This document shows positions 37,435 through 48,088 of a stretch of DNA of 64,000 bases, in pieces. Origin of the DNA: a virus. Lineage: Duplodnaviria > Caudoviricetes. The translations under genes and the position numbers were made by a program. Where the stretch lies: positions 416,001-480,000 of IMG/VR virus record IMGVR_UViG_3300014205_000170; one strand, 5' to 3'. Each line of letters opens with the position of its first letter. Position 1 is the first letter of the stretch. The notes below the pieces were generated by a model that was not told where the DNA came from, searched no databases, and was given only the letters and a program-made list of their open reading frames with translations.

Positions 37435-40026
37435 ATGAATAAGTTAAGCCTAAAATCTCTTTTTATTAAATCTGGATTAATTTCCGAAGTTACTGATGAC
37501 TGGAAAAAGGATTTTTTCATGGGCTCAAAAGGGATGCCTAAAACTACAGAAGATGTTTTGAATTACATTTTCTCCATCTATACAGCCGCTTTTGGTGGTG
37601 AAGGCGAAATTAAAATCATAAACAAAAAGATGGTGAAATGGCTTGTTGAACAAATCCAAGGTTTGGGTGGTCCAACAAACATAGGCACAGCCGACAGAGA
37701 TAAACTTATTACTGTTATGGCTTGGTTTAAAGTTGCTGGAGGTGAAGGTAATTTACCTAAGATGGATTTAAACACAGCTTATGAATTTTCTAAGAAAAAG
37801 TTGGAAGAAAAAAACAAAAAAAATATTGCTGCAAATTCTCAAGACCATCCAGAGCCTCCAATTACAAAGGTTGAAGAAGAAGGATTAGTAGAGAGAGTCT
37901 ATACTATTCCGGATGGTTCCGGTCGTGTATGGGTAAAGGTAAACCAAAAAAGAGCTGGTGAATTCTTTGATAAACTTTGTGATGCCAATAAAGCTTATGG
38001 AGTAGGTTGTCAATCAAGCACTGGTGGATATAGCATGGTTTCTTCACATAGAGAATCATCCAGAATTACATATACATTACTTGGCCCTGAAAGTGGTAAA
38101 AAAGTTCCAATCACCACAATTATGTCTATATCCATAGATATAAAAACTAAAAATATAGTTGAGGGAAAACAAGTAGGAAATCAAAACATTGGAAGTAATT
38201 TATATGGTTGGAATGATTTATATGATAAATTTGTTCAATTTTTAGCAACACCAATAGCTAAGGAAACAATTGATAAAACTTCAGATTATACTGTATTAAG
38301 TTGGCCTTTTGCTAATAAAAAATTTGACACTTTAAATAAACTTGATTTATTAAGACCAGATTTTATTGAAAATAGCAAAACAATTATTAGTAGACTTGAA
38401 GGCGGTAAACAGTGGCTTGAAAATAGAAAAATAGATGCTGTACAAGCTTTGAAAAAATATGGAATTGAATACTTTATAGAAAACATAGAATCTTATAAAG
38501 AATCAGCTTCATTTAAAGATGCTTTATTAGCAGCATCAACGCAGATTCCAGATTTAGCAAAGAAAAAACCTAATTTATTTCTTTCTAAAATAACTTACTT
38601 GTTAGAATTCCTACCAATCGAAGATTTTAAAAACATAGTTCAAAACATTAATTTGGAAAGTTATATATTAACCAACAAAAGCGATTTTGAAAATGTGTTA
38701 AAAAAACTTACAAATGTAAATTCAAAAGACTCTAAATTTTATCGTGAAATTTTTAAATTCTTAATAGAAAATAATTTTGATACAATAACACGTTCTTTTG
38801 GAGAAGGTTTAGATGGAGTAAAGAAGTTTATGAATTTTTTGGAAATGCCAAAATCAGATAAACATAAATTTATTAAGAAAAATCCAGGCGGAAAAATTAT
38901 AGCCTCAAGAAAAGAAGTAAAAAGAGAAGGCGGTATAGAAACATCAAAAGATGTTGAATTTGAATTGCCGGAACAACTTGCTGTAACGACACAAAAAGAA
39001 AGAAGAGATTTATTAAAAAACAATGAAGAATATATAAAAAATCTTATTGAAGGAGATGCCGATAAAAAAGAAGTAAATTTTTTAAGATTACTTTTTGGAG
39101 AATCTAATCCACAAGATATAAGAAAGACTTTAAAACCAGAGAAAGATAAATTGATTAAATATTATGATGACCCTTCTCATTTTGGGAAATTCAGTATAAT
39201 AAGAGGAGTGCCATTGCCGGGTATATTTGAATTTTATAGAATTTTCAACAAAGGAGAACAAGTCGGAGTAGTAGAAGGTAAGGAAAAACCATACTATAAA
39301 TTTGAATTAGAAGATTTGCATAATCCAGAAATTGCAAAGACGGTTATTAATTTTTTTGCTAAACTTTATAAGGCTGATGAAAAAGTTTCTAATATTGATG
39401 CAGTAGGACAATACAAAATATTGGATGATTATATTCATATGTTAGAAATCGCCGGTGAAAGTAAAGAAAAAATTACAGAGATAATTAATAAATATAAACC
39501 AACTCAATTACAGTTTTTTAAAAATTCAGAGGGACTTATTCCTCTTGTGGTATATGAAAAATATTATTCTTTATTAACTAATTATACATCCAAAGAAAAC
39601 GCTATTACGAACATTAAAGAGAATAAAGAAGAAATAGTAAAAAGAATGGGTTTGGGAGAATATGAAAAACTTTTAAATTTATATTCTACACCAGCTTATG
39701 ATGTTGAATACGGTCATATGGTTGAATTTTTAGGCGAACTTCAAGATGATTACGACATAAATGGAAGAAAAATTAAAACAAGAAAAAGTACTGATTTTTT
39801 AGATAAAGGAAGAAAGTATGAAGTAACTAGAGTTGTATATCCAGAAGAATCTGGTGCTGTATTAAATTCTAAAATAAGAGTTTTAGATAATAGTAAAAAT
39901 GAAACAGGATGGATGCCAACAACTGATTTTAAAGTTCCCATTAAATATATCAATGAATCTGAAATTGTACTTGATTATGTTAGAAGAAAATTGGTAGAAA
40001 CTTATTTAAAACAAACTAAAAAATGA
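37435..40026 (+). CDS. large putative virion protein
   Basis: 863-aa ORF, TATTTA motif upstream. Confidence 0.7.
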   Translation: MNKLSLKSLFIKSGLISEVTDDWKKDFFMGSKGMPKTTEDVLNYIFSIYTAAFGGEGEIKIINKKMVKWLVEQIQGLGGPTNIGTADRDKLITVMAWFKVAGGEGNLPKMDLNTAYEFSKKKLEEKNKKNIAANSQDHPEPPITKVEEEGLVERVYTIPDGSGRVWVKVNQKRAGEFFDKLCDANKAYGVGCQSSTGGYSMVSSHRESSRITYTLLGPESGKKVPITTIMSISIDIKTKNIVEGKQVGNQNIGSNLYGWNDLYDKFVQFLATPIAKETIDKTSDYTVLSWPFANKKFDTLNKLDLLRPDFIENSKTIISRLEGGKQWLENRKIDAVQALKKYGIEYFIENIESYKESASFKDALLAASTQIPDLAKKKPNLFLSKITYLLEFLPIEDFKNIVQNINLESYILTNKSDFENVLKKLTNVNSKDSKFYREIFKFLIENNFDTITRSFGEGLDGVKKFMNFLEMPKSDKHKFIKKNPGGKIIASRKEVKREGGIETSKDVEFELPEQLAVTTQKERRDLLKNNEEYIKNLIEGDADKKEVNFLRLLFGESNPQDIRKTLKPEKDKLIKYYDDPSHFGKFSIIRGVPLPGIFEFYRIFNKGEQVGVVEGKEKPYYKFELEDLHNPEIAKTVINFFAKLYKADEKVSNIDAVGQYKILDDYIHMLEIAGESKEKITEIINKYKPTQLQFFKNSEGLIPLVVYEKYYSLLTNYTSKENAITNIKENKEEIVKRMGLGEYEKLLNLYSTPAYDVEYGHMVEFLGELQDDYDINGRKIKTRKSTDFLDKGRKYEVTRVVYPEESGAVLNSKIRVLDNSKNETGWMPTTDFKVPIKYINESEIVLDYVRRKLVETYLKQTKK

Positions 40027-40823
40027 AAACAAATTTAATACAATCAATAAAAGATTTTTTTGCAAAAAAAAACTTAGTAATTTTTACTTTATTAGCTGCT
40101 GTTGTTCTTTTGGTTTTACTGCAATTTAAATCTTTCGGAGATTTACGTGCTCTTAAAAATCAATCAAAACAAAATGAAGAAGCTTTTAAAAAGGAATTGG
40201 TTGTTGAAAAGAACAAGAGTGGACATCTACAAACATCCGTGGTTGCTTTCGAAGGAAAAATTAAAGACGTAGAAAAATATAGTGCAGAACTTGCGAAGGA
40301 AATCAAAGACTTGAAACACAGAAAACCGGAAGTAATAATTAAAACACAACTGGTTTATATTGGAGATACTGCTAAAGTTAATAATCAGTTAACAGATAAA
40401 GGTAATGGTAATTATGATTTAGATTGGCAATACATAAATGCAGATAGTTCTCGAATTTTAAATGGCACAAGTTCTTTTAATGCTAAAGTTAAAGTATCAG
40501 ACCAAACATATTCTATTAGTATTTTGCCCGGAACAACACAAATTAAAAAAGATATCTTAAAAATAGACTTAACGGTTGGAGTTGCAAAAAACAAAAAGAC
40601 AGGATTTGATGAAATTTTCGTTACTCCAAAAAATCCAAATATCACTGTTAGTAAATTAGAAGGCGCAATATTAAACAAACCAAAACAAAATAATTTTAGT
40701 GTAAGTGCACAACTTGGATATGGAATAGTTTATGGTAAAGGAAATATCACCATGGGTCCATTTGTTGGAGTTGGATTATCCTACAATTTATTAGGAGGAA
40801 TAAAAAAGATTTTTCAAAGATAA
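40023..40823 (+). CDS. membrane-anchored coiled-coil protein, possible spanin/lysis protein
   Basis: N-terminal TM helix, coiled coil, C-terminal GYG..GPFVGVGLSYN beta-hairpin. Confidence 0.55.
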   Translation: MKTNLIQSIKDFFAKKNLVIFTLLAAVVLLVLLQFKSFGDLRALKNQSKQNEEAFKKELVVEKNKSGHLQTSVVAFEGKIKDVEKYSAELAKEIKDLKHRKPEVIIKTQLVYIGDTAKVNNQLTDKGNGNYDLDWQYINADSSRILNGTSSFNAKVKVSDQTYSISILPGTTQIKKDILKIDLTVGVAKNKKTGFDEIFVTPKNPNITVSKLEGAILNKPKQNNFSVSAQLGYGIVYGKGNITMGPFVGVGLSYNLLGGIKKIFQR

Positions 40824-41075
40824 TTAAGCTTCTTCTCCTTTAATTTTAGCGATTTTTTTAGCAGTTTCTTCATCTTTATAAACTGCAATATCACTACCAT
40901 TTAATCCAACATGTTTTAATGTGGCTTTTGCAATGTTTTCAACTATTTCTAAAGCAAGGTGTTTTAAACTTTCTTTAGTAGGTTCTTCATTATGCCAATT
41001 AGCGATGCTATTATAAGTTTCGTTAACTAATGCATCTACTTCAAACACTGCTTTGTCATTTTCTTGATTGCTCAT
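40824..41075 (-). CDS. hypothetical protein
   Basis: 83-aa ORF. Confidence 0.6.
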   Translation of the reverse strand: MSNQENDKAVFEVDALVNETYNSIANWHNEEPTKESLKHLALEIVENIAKATLKHVGLNGSDIAVYKDEETAKKIAKIKGEEA

Positions 41076-41494
41076 ATTTCTATATTTTTTGTTAATCCAG
41101 TTAATTTGTTTTTTTCTATATAAAATCCTATACTTTTATTACCATCATATTCCGTAGACCATAAGCGCGGAGTGTTGTTTTTCCATAAAGTATTTTTTGT
41201 GTGAATCTTACCGGTTGTTAAATTTGTTTGTTCAAAGAAAATTTCTTCACCATTATCAGAATACCTTTTTTTTATGTTATATTTTTCACCATATTCTTCT
41301 ATCTCATAATCTTTATAAACATCGTTAATTAGCTTTTGGTGTTTAATTGTTTTGAAATTAGTTTTATTTTTTTCATTTGTAATAAGCACAATTCTTCCAT
41401 TAGCTAAATATTTATACTCATAACGTGTTTTACTGATAGGCTCAAATTGAAAAATGAGTCTACCTAAAATATCATATTCTATATTATCAAACAT
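41072..41494 (-). CDS. hypothetical protein with YD-like repeat
   Basis: EYDILGRL, YKYLANGRI. Confidence 0.55.
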   Translation of the reverse strand: MFDNIEYDILGRLIFQFEPISKTRYEYKYLANGRIVLITNEKNKTNFKTIKHQKLINDVYKDYEIEEYGEKYNIKKRYSDNGEEIFFEQTNLTTGKIHTKNTLWKNNTPRLWSTEYDGNKSIGFYIEKNKLTGLTKNIEI

Positions 41495-42434
41495 TCAAGA
41501 ATTTACTTTAAATCATTACAAGTTCATATTTACATATATGAAGAATGATTCTATACAAATTAATAAAGAAATCATTAAAAAAGCAATATGTCATTATGCC
41601 GCCTTAATAAGGCCGGAACAACTGCCAGAACCTATTTTTAAAATTCTATCTCCATATATTAACCCCAATTTTATTGAGGATAAAGTACTTCTTTCTAGTG
41701 AAAGAATTAAAAACCATATAGATTGGGATAAAATAGACAAAATGAAGCTAATTAGGCTTATTATAAGAGATAAGTTTATTTTAGAACGTATTGATTTGAA
41801 TAAGCATGATTTTACTCTTAGAGAGCTTATTCCCATCTTTATAATGCATCCGGATTTAATTGATTATTTTGATATAGACTTCAATAGTCTATCTGCCGTA
41901 GATGCCATCAAGATGTTAGAGATAAACTCTGCTTTCATTGCTAAAATCGATATAGGAAGGTATTCTTATTCTAAAGGAGAAGTGGTAAAAATACTAGAAT
42001 CTTTTCATGATAAAGCAGAAATAATAGACAAATTAAATTTGGATACTTTAGACCATTATGCTATTAGAACTTTATTATTAAAAAGTGGGGATAAGTACGT
42101 ACACAAATTAGATTTATCTAAAATAAAAGCTTTGGATTGGATAGAGATTTTAAATAAAAAACCAGAATTGATAAATCATTGTAAAACATCAATTTTTGAA
42201 ATTGGTGATTGTTTTTTATTAACTAAACTGGTGCAAATTTTGCCGGAGTATGATTATTTGATTCAAGATAATAAAGATAAGATTTCTGCACTAGGTTGGG
42301 AGCACCTATTAATATTCGATTCAGAAAAATATTCTAAGTATTGTAATTTTGAATTATTGTCTAAGAAAAATTGGGAGATTATAATTAGAAAACATCCGAG
42401 CATGACTAATCTCATGCATAGATATGTATTATAA
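41454..42434 (+). CDS. helical-repeat hypothetical protein
   Basis: repeated L..L...W..IL..KP units; true start probably downstream (about 41538). Confidence 0.6.
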   Translation: MSLPKISYSILSNIQEFTLNHYKFIFTYMKNDSIQINKEIIKKAICHYAALIRPEQLPEPIFKILSPYINPNFIEDKVLLSSERIKNHIDWDKIDKMKLIRLIIRDKFILERIDLNKHDFTLRELIPIFIMHPDLIDYFDIDFNSLSAVDAIKMLEINSAFIAKIDIGRYSYSKGEVVKILESFHDKAEIIDKLNLDTLDHYAIRTLLLKSGDKYVHKLDLSKIKALDWIEILNKKPELINHCKTSIFEIGDCFLLTKLVQILPEYDYLIQDNKDKISALGWEHLLIFDSEKYSKYCNFELLSKKNWEIIIRKHPSMTNLMHRYVL

Positions 42435-42731
42435 ATTCTCTTCGTCTAAAGTAATAGAATGTGGCTCTCTATTAACCATTTCTTTTCCTTTTTTGATTTT
42501 GTGTTTCCACATTTTAAGCATTACGATAGCTTTACCAATTAAATCTTCTGCATCATCATATTGGTCATCATCAATCTTTTGAATCAAAGAATTTACATTA
42601 TTAGCAAATTCAGATTTTACTCTATTCCAATCTAGGCCAGCTCTCATAATAAGGTCATGTTCATTGACGTTATCCATTTCAGACATTATGTTTCTGACAA
42701 GGGTTCTCAATTGTTTTTCTTTATTCTCCAT
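42429..42731 (-). CDS. putative internal head protein
   Basis: QLRTLVRNIMSE N-terminus. Confidence 0.6.
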   Translation of the reverse strand: MENKEKQLRTLVRNIMSEMDNVNEHDLIMRAGLDWNRVKSEFANNVNSLIQKIDDDQYDDAEDLIGKAIVMLKMWKHKIKKGKEMVNREPHSITLDEENL

Positions 42732-42856
42732 CTGGCTTTTTGTTGTGTTAATAACTTTTTAGTATAAATATGAAAAAAAATTGCCTAGACTCTTGGTTTT
42801 TAATTCAAAATATACTTATCTTTGTATCGTTAGTTCTTTTAAATGATTAATTATAT

Positions 42857-42929
42857 GTTGATGTAGCATATTGCGAATGCGTCGCCCTGAACAAGCGAAG
42901 AGTAACAGGTTCAATTCCTTTCGTCAACA
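42857..42929 (+). tRNA. tRNA-Phe(GAA), atypical
   Basis: TCGCC-CTGAACA-AGCGA with C31.A39 mismatch. Confidence 0.7.
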
Positions 42930-42934
42930 CAAAC

Positions 42935-43014
42935 GTGGATGTAGCTTATAATACATTAAAGTGCTGGCCTGAAAAACCAGAGAATGGTAAGTTTGTATCT
43001 TCCCATCCACACCA
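42935..43014 (+). tRNA. tRNA-Phe(GAA), atypical
   Basis: CTGGC-CTGAAAA-ACCAG with C31.A39; bulged T stem; CCA. Confidence 0.7.
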
Positions 43015-43025
43015 ATTAAGAATAT

Positions 43026-43122
43026 GGCAAGGTAGCTCAGTGGTGGTTCTCTGCAAAGAGAATCTTTAAGAGCAATGCCCTGAAAAAGCATGAGTCGGAG
43101 TGTTCGATTCCTCCTCTTGCCA
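43026..43122 (+). tRNA. tRNA-Phe(GAA) with D-loop hairpin insertion
   Basis: ATGCC-CTGAAAA-AGCAT with C31.A39; GGTTCTCT/AGAGAATC insert. Confidence 0.75.
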
Positions 43123-43128
43123 CAAATG

Positions 43129-43159
43129 AACCCCAGAAATAATATTTTTGGGGTTTTTT
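43129..43159 (+). terminator. terminator of the tRNA-Phe cluster
   Basis: AACCCCAGAAAT/ATTTTTGGGGTT plus T tract. Confidence 0.75.
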
Positions 43160-43241
43160 ATTTTGAATATTTATATTTTTAGACTGATAAGTGAAGTTGA
43201 TAACTTAAAACACCAATGAATGGATTCTGATAGTTGCAAAC

Positions 43242-43697
43242 GTGAACAGAAAGAAAGAGACACTCAAGAACAAAATGACGGCCCCAAACAGCACAGAATG
43301 GCTCGGAACCGTAACTCTAATGGGGGGAATGTTTTTCCTTCCACTTGGATACGACGTTCTATTTCTAAACCTAATGAAATTAACCGGTTCTTATTGGATT
43401 ACGGATTTTATTTTTTACTGCCTTTCAGCACTATTCTTTATACTACACTATTCTTTTTCTCGTAAAATCCTACTTATGTTAGGAACATTCTTCCTTCCTT
43501 TTGGATACGATTTCTTATTTAAAACAATTTTAGATTATACTGGCTCTTATGTTATTACAGATTCTGTATTTTACATAACATCATTTGTATTGTTTATAAT
43601 ACATTTTACAATTAATAAAACTAATCCCTTAGATGAAATTCAAAAGAGAACTTTAGAAACGAAGTTAAAAATAATGGATTTTAAATCTAAAATTTGA
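43242..43697 (+). CDS. membrane protein with internal duplication
   Basis: FFLPxGYDxLF..TGSYxITDxxFY repeated twice. Confidence 0.7.
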   Translation: MNRKKETLKNKMTAPNSTEWLGTVTLMGGMFFLPLGYDVLFLNLMKLTGSYWITDFIFYCLSALFFILHYSFSRKILLMLGTFFLPFGYDFLFKTILDYTGSYVITDSVFYITSFVLFIIHFTINKTNPLDEIQKRTLETKLKIMDFKSKI

Positions 43698-43701
43698 CTG
43701 A

Positions 43702-44703
43702 TTAATGAGAATCAGCATTTAAACCAAGAGATTTTAATAATGCAATTGCTGGATTATAACCTCCGCCGCTTTTAAATCTAAGTATGTGTTTATTATTAAA
43801 ATGTTCATCATCATTTAAGAGAGCATATGCTGTATCTTCATCTATTCCAATCTTTTTTATACTTAATTTGTTTTGTAAAATCCAATCCCATTGAGCATTC
43901 GCATCTAATGCATCAAATTCTGTTTTCATTGTATTTAAATCCATAGGATTATCTATGGTATCCAAAAGAGTTTGTATCTTATCAGGAATTTTACCCCCAT
44001 TTATAGATTTGATTCTATCTAATTCTCTTGTTATGGAAGGAGTATCTTTTTTTACGTTGAAACCAGTTTCTTTAATAGCCCTAACTATTCTTTGGTAAAA
44101 TGTATCAATTATATTGTCGGGTATAAAATCTTCACTTTCTTTAAGAATATTTTGAACTGTTTTTCTTATCTCTTTCATAATTTCTTTTGGCTCTGCCACT
44201 TCTTGTGGAGTTTTACCGGTTTTAATGATATTATCAAACAAAGCGTAATCTAGATACATAAATTCTACACTACTTACATTTGCTCTTTTTGGAATAATCA
44301 TCGTTTGACCATATTTATTTCTAAAACCGTCATGATGAAAATTAACTACTTTTTTCTGGTTATCAACCCTTTTAATTAAAGCTATAAATTCGCCTTCTCT
44401 AGGTACTTCATCTGTTTGGCCAGGTACTTTATATTTTCCTCTAAACAAAGCCCAATAACCAGCTTTTATCTCTCGGTTATCCCCTAAAGGATTTTGACCT
44501 TCAATACCAGAGGTTAAATCAACCAAATCAGCCTCTTTAATTCGATTTGCAGTGTCTATCAGTTTTGCGAGGTAAGAAGTGGTTAGTTTTGGTTTATATC
44601 CCTTTAAAAGCTTTAATGCGCGTTGAAGACCTATAGTGCCACCTTCTTTGTATCCTTTTACTAAAAGAAAAAAGTTTAATTGTTTTGTGTTTTTAGATGG
44701 CAT
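43702..44703 (-). CDS. putative virion protein
   Basis: MPSKNTKQLNFF N-terminus; internal IRKTVQNILKE. Confidence 0.65.
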   Translation of the reverse strand: MPSKNTKQLNFFLLVKGYKEGGTIGLQRALKLLKGYKPKLTTSYLAKLIDTANRIKEADLVDLTSGIEGQNPLGDNREIKAGYWALFRGKYKVPGQTDEVPREGEFIALIKRVDNQKKVVNFHHDGFRNKYGQTMIIPKRANVSSVEFMYLDYALFDNIIKTGKTPQEVAEPKEIMKEIRKTVQNILKESEDFIPDNIIDTFYQRIVRAIKETGFNVKKDTPSITRELDRIKSINGGKIPDKIQTLLDTIDNPMDLNTMKTEFDALDANAQWDWILQNKLSIKKIGIDEDTAYALLNDDEHFNNKHILRFKSGGGYNPAIALLKSLGLNADSH

Positions 44704-44786
44704 TAATTCTTTGTTTAATGTTTATAAATATCCTATGTTTTATTAAAGTCAAAGGCTATTTTTCTTATTTTTACAAAAAAGAAAAA

Positions 44787-45971
44787 ATGGAGCAATACAT
44801 TGAACTTATCAAAAGAATCATTAGCGAAGGAAAAGAAAAAGAAGATAGAACTGGAACCGGAACAATATCTATTTTTGGACACCAAAGCGTATATGATTTA
44901 TCTAAAGGATTTCCTTTACTTACTGCCAAAGCTACATATACTAAAGGTATAATTGTTGAATTGTTATGGTTTCTCGGTATTCATTTAAAAGATGAAAAAT
45001 ACCAAAAATTTTCTATGACCAATATCAAATATTTAGTAGATAATAACGTAAACATCTGGAATGAATGGGCTCACAGAGATATGGTAAAGTATCAAAAGGA
45101 AGTTTCTGAAAAAATAAAAATTGAAAATCCGAATGTTGAATTTAATTTAAAAATAGACCTAATTTCACTACAAGAATTTACTCAAAGAATCAAAGAAGAT
45201 GATGGCTTTGCAGAAAAATGGGGTAATCTAGGGTCTGTATATGGACAACAGTGGCGTAAGTGGAAATTTACGGACTATGAAAAAACGCAAGAAAATACTT
45301 TTCAAGCAAAAATTGGTTTTATCGACCAGATTAAATATGCCATAGAGAGACTTAAAACAAATCCGGAAGACCGTGGAATAATAATCTCTGCTTGGAATGT
45401 GGGAGAACTTGACCAAATGGCTTTAAGACCTTGTCATACAATGTTTCAATTATATGCTGAACCTTTATCTTATAAGGAACGATTAGATGTGTATGAAAAA
45501 AATATTAAAGTGGATACGGCTGATTTTAAAACAGAAGAAAAATTAGATAATAGAGGAGTGCCGAAATATAAATTGTCCTTACAGCTTTATCAAAGGTCAG
45601 CAGATGTCTTCTTGGGAGTGCCATTTAATATAGCTTCTTATTCAATATTATTACAAATGATTGCTCAAGTTACCAATATGACTATTGGTAATTTTATACA
45701 CACATTCGGGGATGCGCACATATACAAGAACCACAAGACACAAGTAAATGAATTATTAAAAAAAATATCTCCAGAATTAAGAGACAATCCAGAGTCTATA
45801 GATTTTTATGAGAACAAATCTTTGTTAACACAAGTTGGTAATGATTGGCCGGTATTACCAACATTGTGGCTTAATACGAGCGTAAAAAGTATTGAGGATT
45901 TTACAATTGAAGATATAAAGATAAAAGATTACAAACCCTTCCCAAAAATTGAAGCGCCAATTGCGGTATGA
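44787..45971 (+). CDS. thyA: thymidylate synthase
   Basis: DRTGTGT, ELLWF, MALRPCH, YQRSADVFLGVPFNIASY, GDAHIY; has insertions. Confidence 0.95.
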   Translation: MEQYIELIKRIISEGKEKEDRTGTGTISIFGHQSVYDLSKGFPLLTAKATYTKGIIVELLWFLGIHLKDEKYQKFSMTNIKYLVDNNVNIWNEWAHRDMVKYQKEVSEKIKIENPNVEFNLKIDLISLQEFTQRIKEDDGFAEKWGNLGSVYGQQWRKWKFTDYEKTQENTFQAKIGFIDQIKYAIERLKTNPEDRGIIISAWNVGELDQMALRPCHTMFQLYAEPLSYKERLDVYEKNIKVDTADFKTEEKLDNRGVPKYKLSLQLYQRSADVFLGVPFNIASYSILLQMIAQVTNMTIGNFIHTFGDAHIYKNHKTQVNELLKKISPELRDNPESIDFYENKSLLTQVGNDWPVLPTLWLNTSVKSIEDFTIEDIKIKDYKPFPKIEAPIAV

Positions 45972-48049
45972 GGGACAAAAAATCTTACATATCTATTATT
46001 TTTGATTTAGAGAAAAAACCTTCCTATAAAGATTCTTATACAAGTAATTATGATAGTTCTGGTAATTTAATCTCTACTGTCAAAAAAAAGTTTGCAGGAT
46101 ATTCAAAAAAATATCTTAATCAAAGATGGGGAATATATTGTAAGTGTGGATATTGCACGGAATCTTCGGTTGACAACATTTGTTTGAAAGGTGATAATTT
46201 TTCTTTTAAAGAAAATGTGAATTGCCTTCATTGTAATGAAGTGTATAATTCAAATTCAAATCTGAGATTTTTAAATTCAAAAAACACAGAAGCCAATGTT
46301 GTTTCAAGAAGGTTTGCGTTTGTAGAAAAAAAAGATTTTTACGCATTGTACTCTTTTGCAACCAGCGTAATGATTTCAGTCACAACCAAAAAATTAATTT
46401 TTAAAGACCATGGAAATTTGTCTCTATATGTTTCAAAAAAGAACAAAGCAATTAAGCTACGAATTGGCAAGGGCATAAAAACAATACCATTAAAAAACTT
46501 AACAGTTGCATGCTTAGCTCTAATAGATGAATTATCATCTAATTTGTTATATGAAGATATGATTAATCAAAATGATTTTGAAAAAAGATTCATACAACCA
46601 TTATTGGACTTTTCAAATGCAGTAGAGCAAAAGTGTGACCAAAGAGATGTCCAAAAAATCTTAATGTCTTTAAATGATAATCAAAGCAAGCAGTATTTTG
46701 AATCCTTTTTTAAAGAGTCAACAACTAGAGGTTTTAATTATCCTGATTTTTTCAAGCACGATTACTTATATGATTGGAATTCTTTCAATCGTTGTTCAGA
46801 AAATATTTCTGCTTACCGGTATATATGGATACAATATTTTAAACAAAGAATCCCTTTAATGTTAAGTATTTATTTATATCCACCTCTAGCTACTCTTGCG
46901 ATTTCATATGGTTCGAATAAACTTTTAAATTTATTTCAAAAGTCAACTTTAATGTGTTCTTTAACAGATTTGTTAAGAAAAAAACCTACAAATCCAAAAG
47001 ACATTTTAGAAATAATGTTTAAAAATAAAATTCTAACTGAGTTTCACAAAAACAAAAAAATCAAAAAAGATGTACAAAAAGAAAACAAAAAAAGAGTTAG
47101 AAAATTCACAAAAAATTCTCCAAAAATCATTCGACATCCAACTTTATTTAATGACAGTAGGGTGCCAATTAATAAAAACATTAAAATACAATTAAAGAGT
47201 ATTAAATTTAAAAAACTCTACGTTGATTTATTTTTGCATAGGTTTGATAGTGCAGCCACATTATTTTATGGATTCTTAAATAATCAATCTTCGTTTGATA
47301 ATATTGAAACTTTAAATCGAATACTTTATTATGAAAATTTTGGAACCATTCAAAGGAGAATTAATTTATTATTTGAAATACAAAACAGTTTTCAACACAT
47401 AGAAAGAAGATTAGAAAATTTTAAAATAGACTTTAAAACAGCACAGCATTTATTTAAATTAAATGACAGCAATTTAAAAGATTTCACAAGACTTCTACAT
47501 TGTTATATTGATAGTATATATATGTTACAAACTTTAAATCTTCCTATTGATGATATTTTTAAAATAAAATCTTATACAGAGTTAAATAATTTACATGATA
47601 ATTTAAATAAAACCTTTCAATTAAAATCAGATGAAAGAATAAATACAATGTTAAAAAAGCATGTTGCTCATTTTAAACACACAGAAGTCATGTTAAATAA
47701 AATAAGTTTTTCAATTTTAGATACTCCAGAACGATTTTATGATGAATCTGATTTTATGAATCATTGCGTAAAAACATATTATAAATGTACTGCTGAGGGA
47801 AAATATATAATCTATTCTGTAGTTGATTCTACAACAAATGATAGAGCGACCTTAAGTATTAGTCTAGTTGGGAATGATGGATATTATTTTGACCAATTAA
47901 AAGCCAAACATAATCAAAAAACAACGGTTAATATTATTTCTGCAACTAGAAAATTCTTAGAAAAGTATTTTAAAATCGATACAGAACAAGATAAGTGTGA
48001 TTTGCTAATAACAGAAGAAATGGTTTCACAAACAAATTCTATTTTTTGA
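45968..48049 (+). CDS. PcfJ-like domain protein
   Basis: ESDFMNHCVKTY..RATL..QLKAKHN. Confidence 0.7.
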   Translation: MRDKKSYISIIFDLEKKPSYKDSYTSNYDSSGNLISTVKKKFAGYSKKYLNQRWGIYCKCGYCTESSVDNICLKGDNFSFKENVNCLHCNEVYNSNSNLRFLNSKNTEANVVSRRFAFVEKKDFYALYSFATSVMISVTTKKLIFKDHGNLSLYVSKKNKAIKLRIGKGIKTIPLKNLTVACLALIDELSSNLLYEDMINQNDFEKRFIQPLLDFSNAVEQKCDQRDVQKILMSLNDNQSKQYFESFFKESTTRGFNYPDFFKHDYLYDWNSFNRCSENISAYRYIWIQYFKQRIPLMLSIYLYPPLATLAISYGSNKLLNLFQKSTLMCSLTDLLRKKPTNPKDILEIMFKNKILTEFHKNKKIKKDVQKENKKRVRKFTKNSPKIIRHPTLFNDSRVPINKNIKIQLKSIKFKKLYVDLFLHRFDSAATLFYGFLNNQSSFDNIETLNRILYYENFGTIQRRINLLFEIQNSFQHIERRLENFKIDFKTAQHLFKLNDSNLKDFTRLLHCYIDSIYMLQTLNLPIDDIFKIKSYTELNNLHDNLNKTFQLKSDERINTMLKKHVAHFKHTEVMLNKISFSILDTPERFYDESDFMNHCVKTYYKCTAEGKYIIYSVVDSTTNDRATLSISLVGNDGYYFDQLKAKHNQKTTVNIISATRKFLEKYFKIDTEQDKCDLLITEEMVSQTNSIF

Positions 48050-48088
48050 TGTCTGGATACTTTGAAATATTAAATAATAATATTAAAT

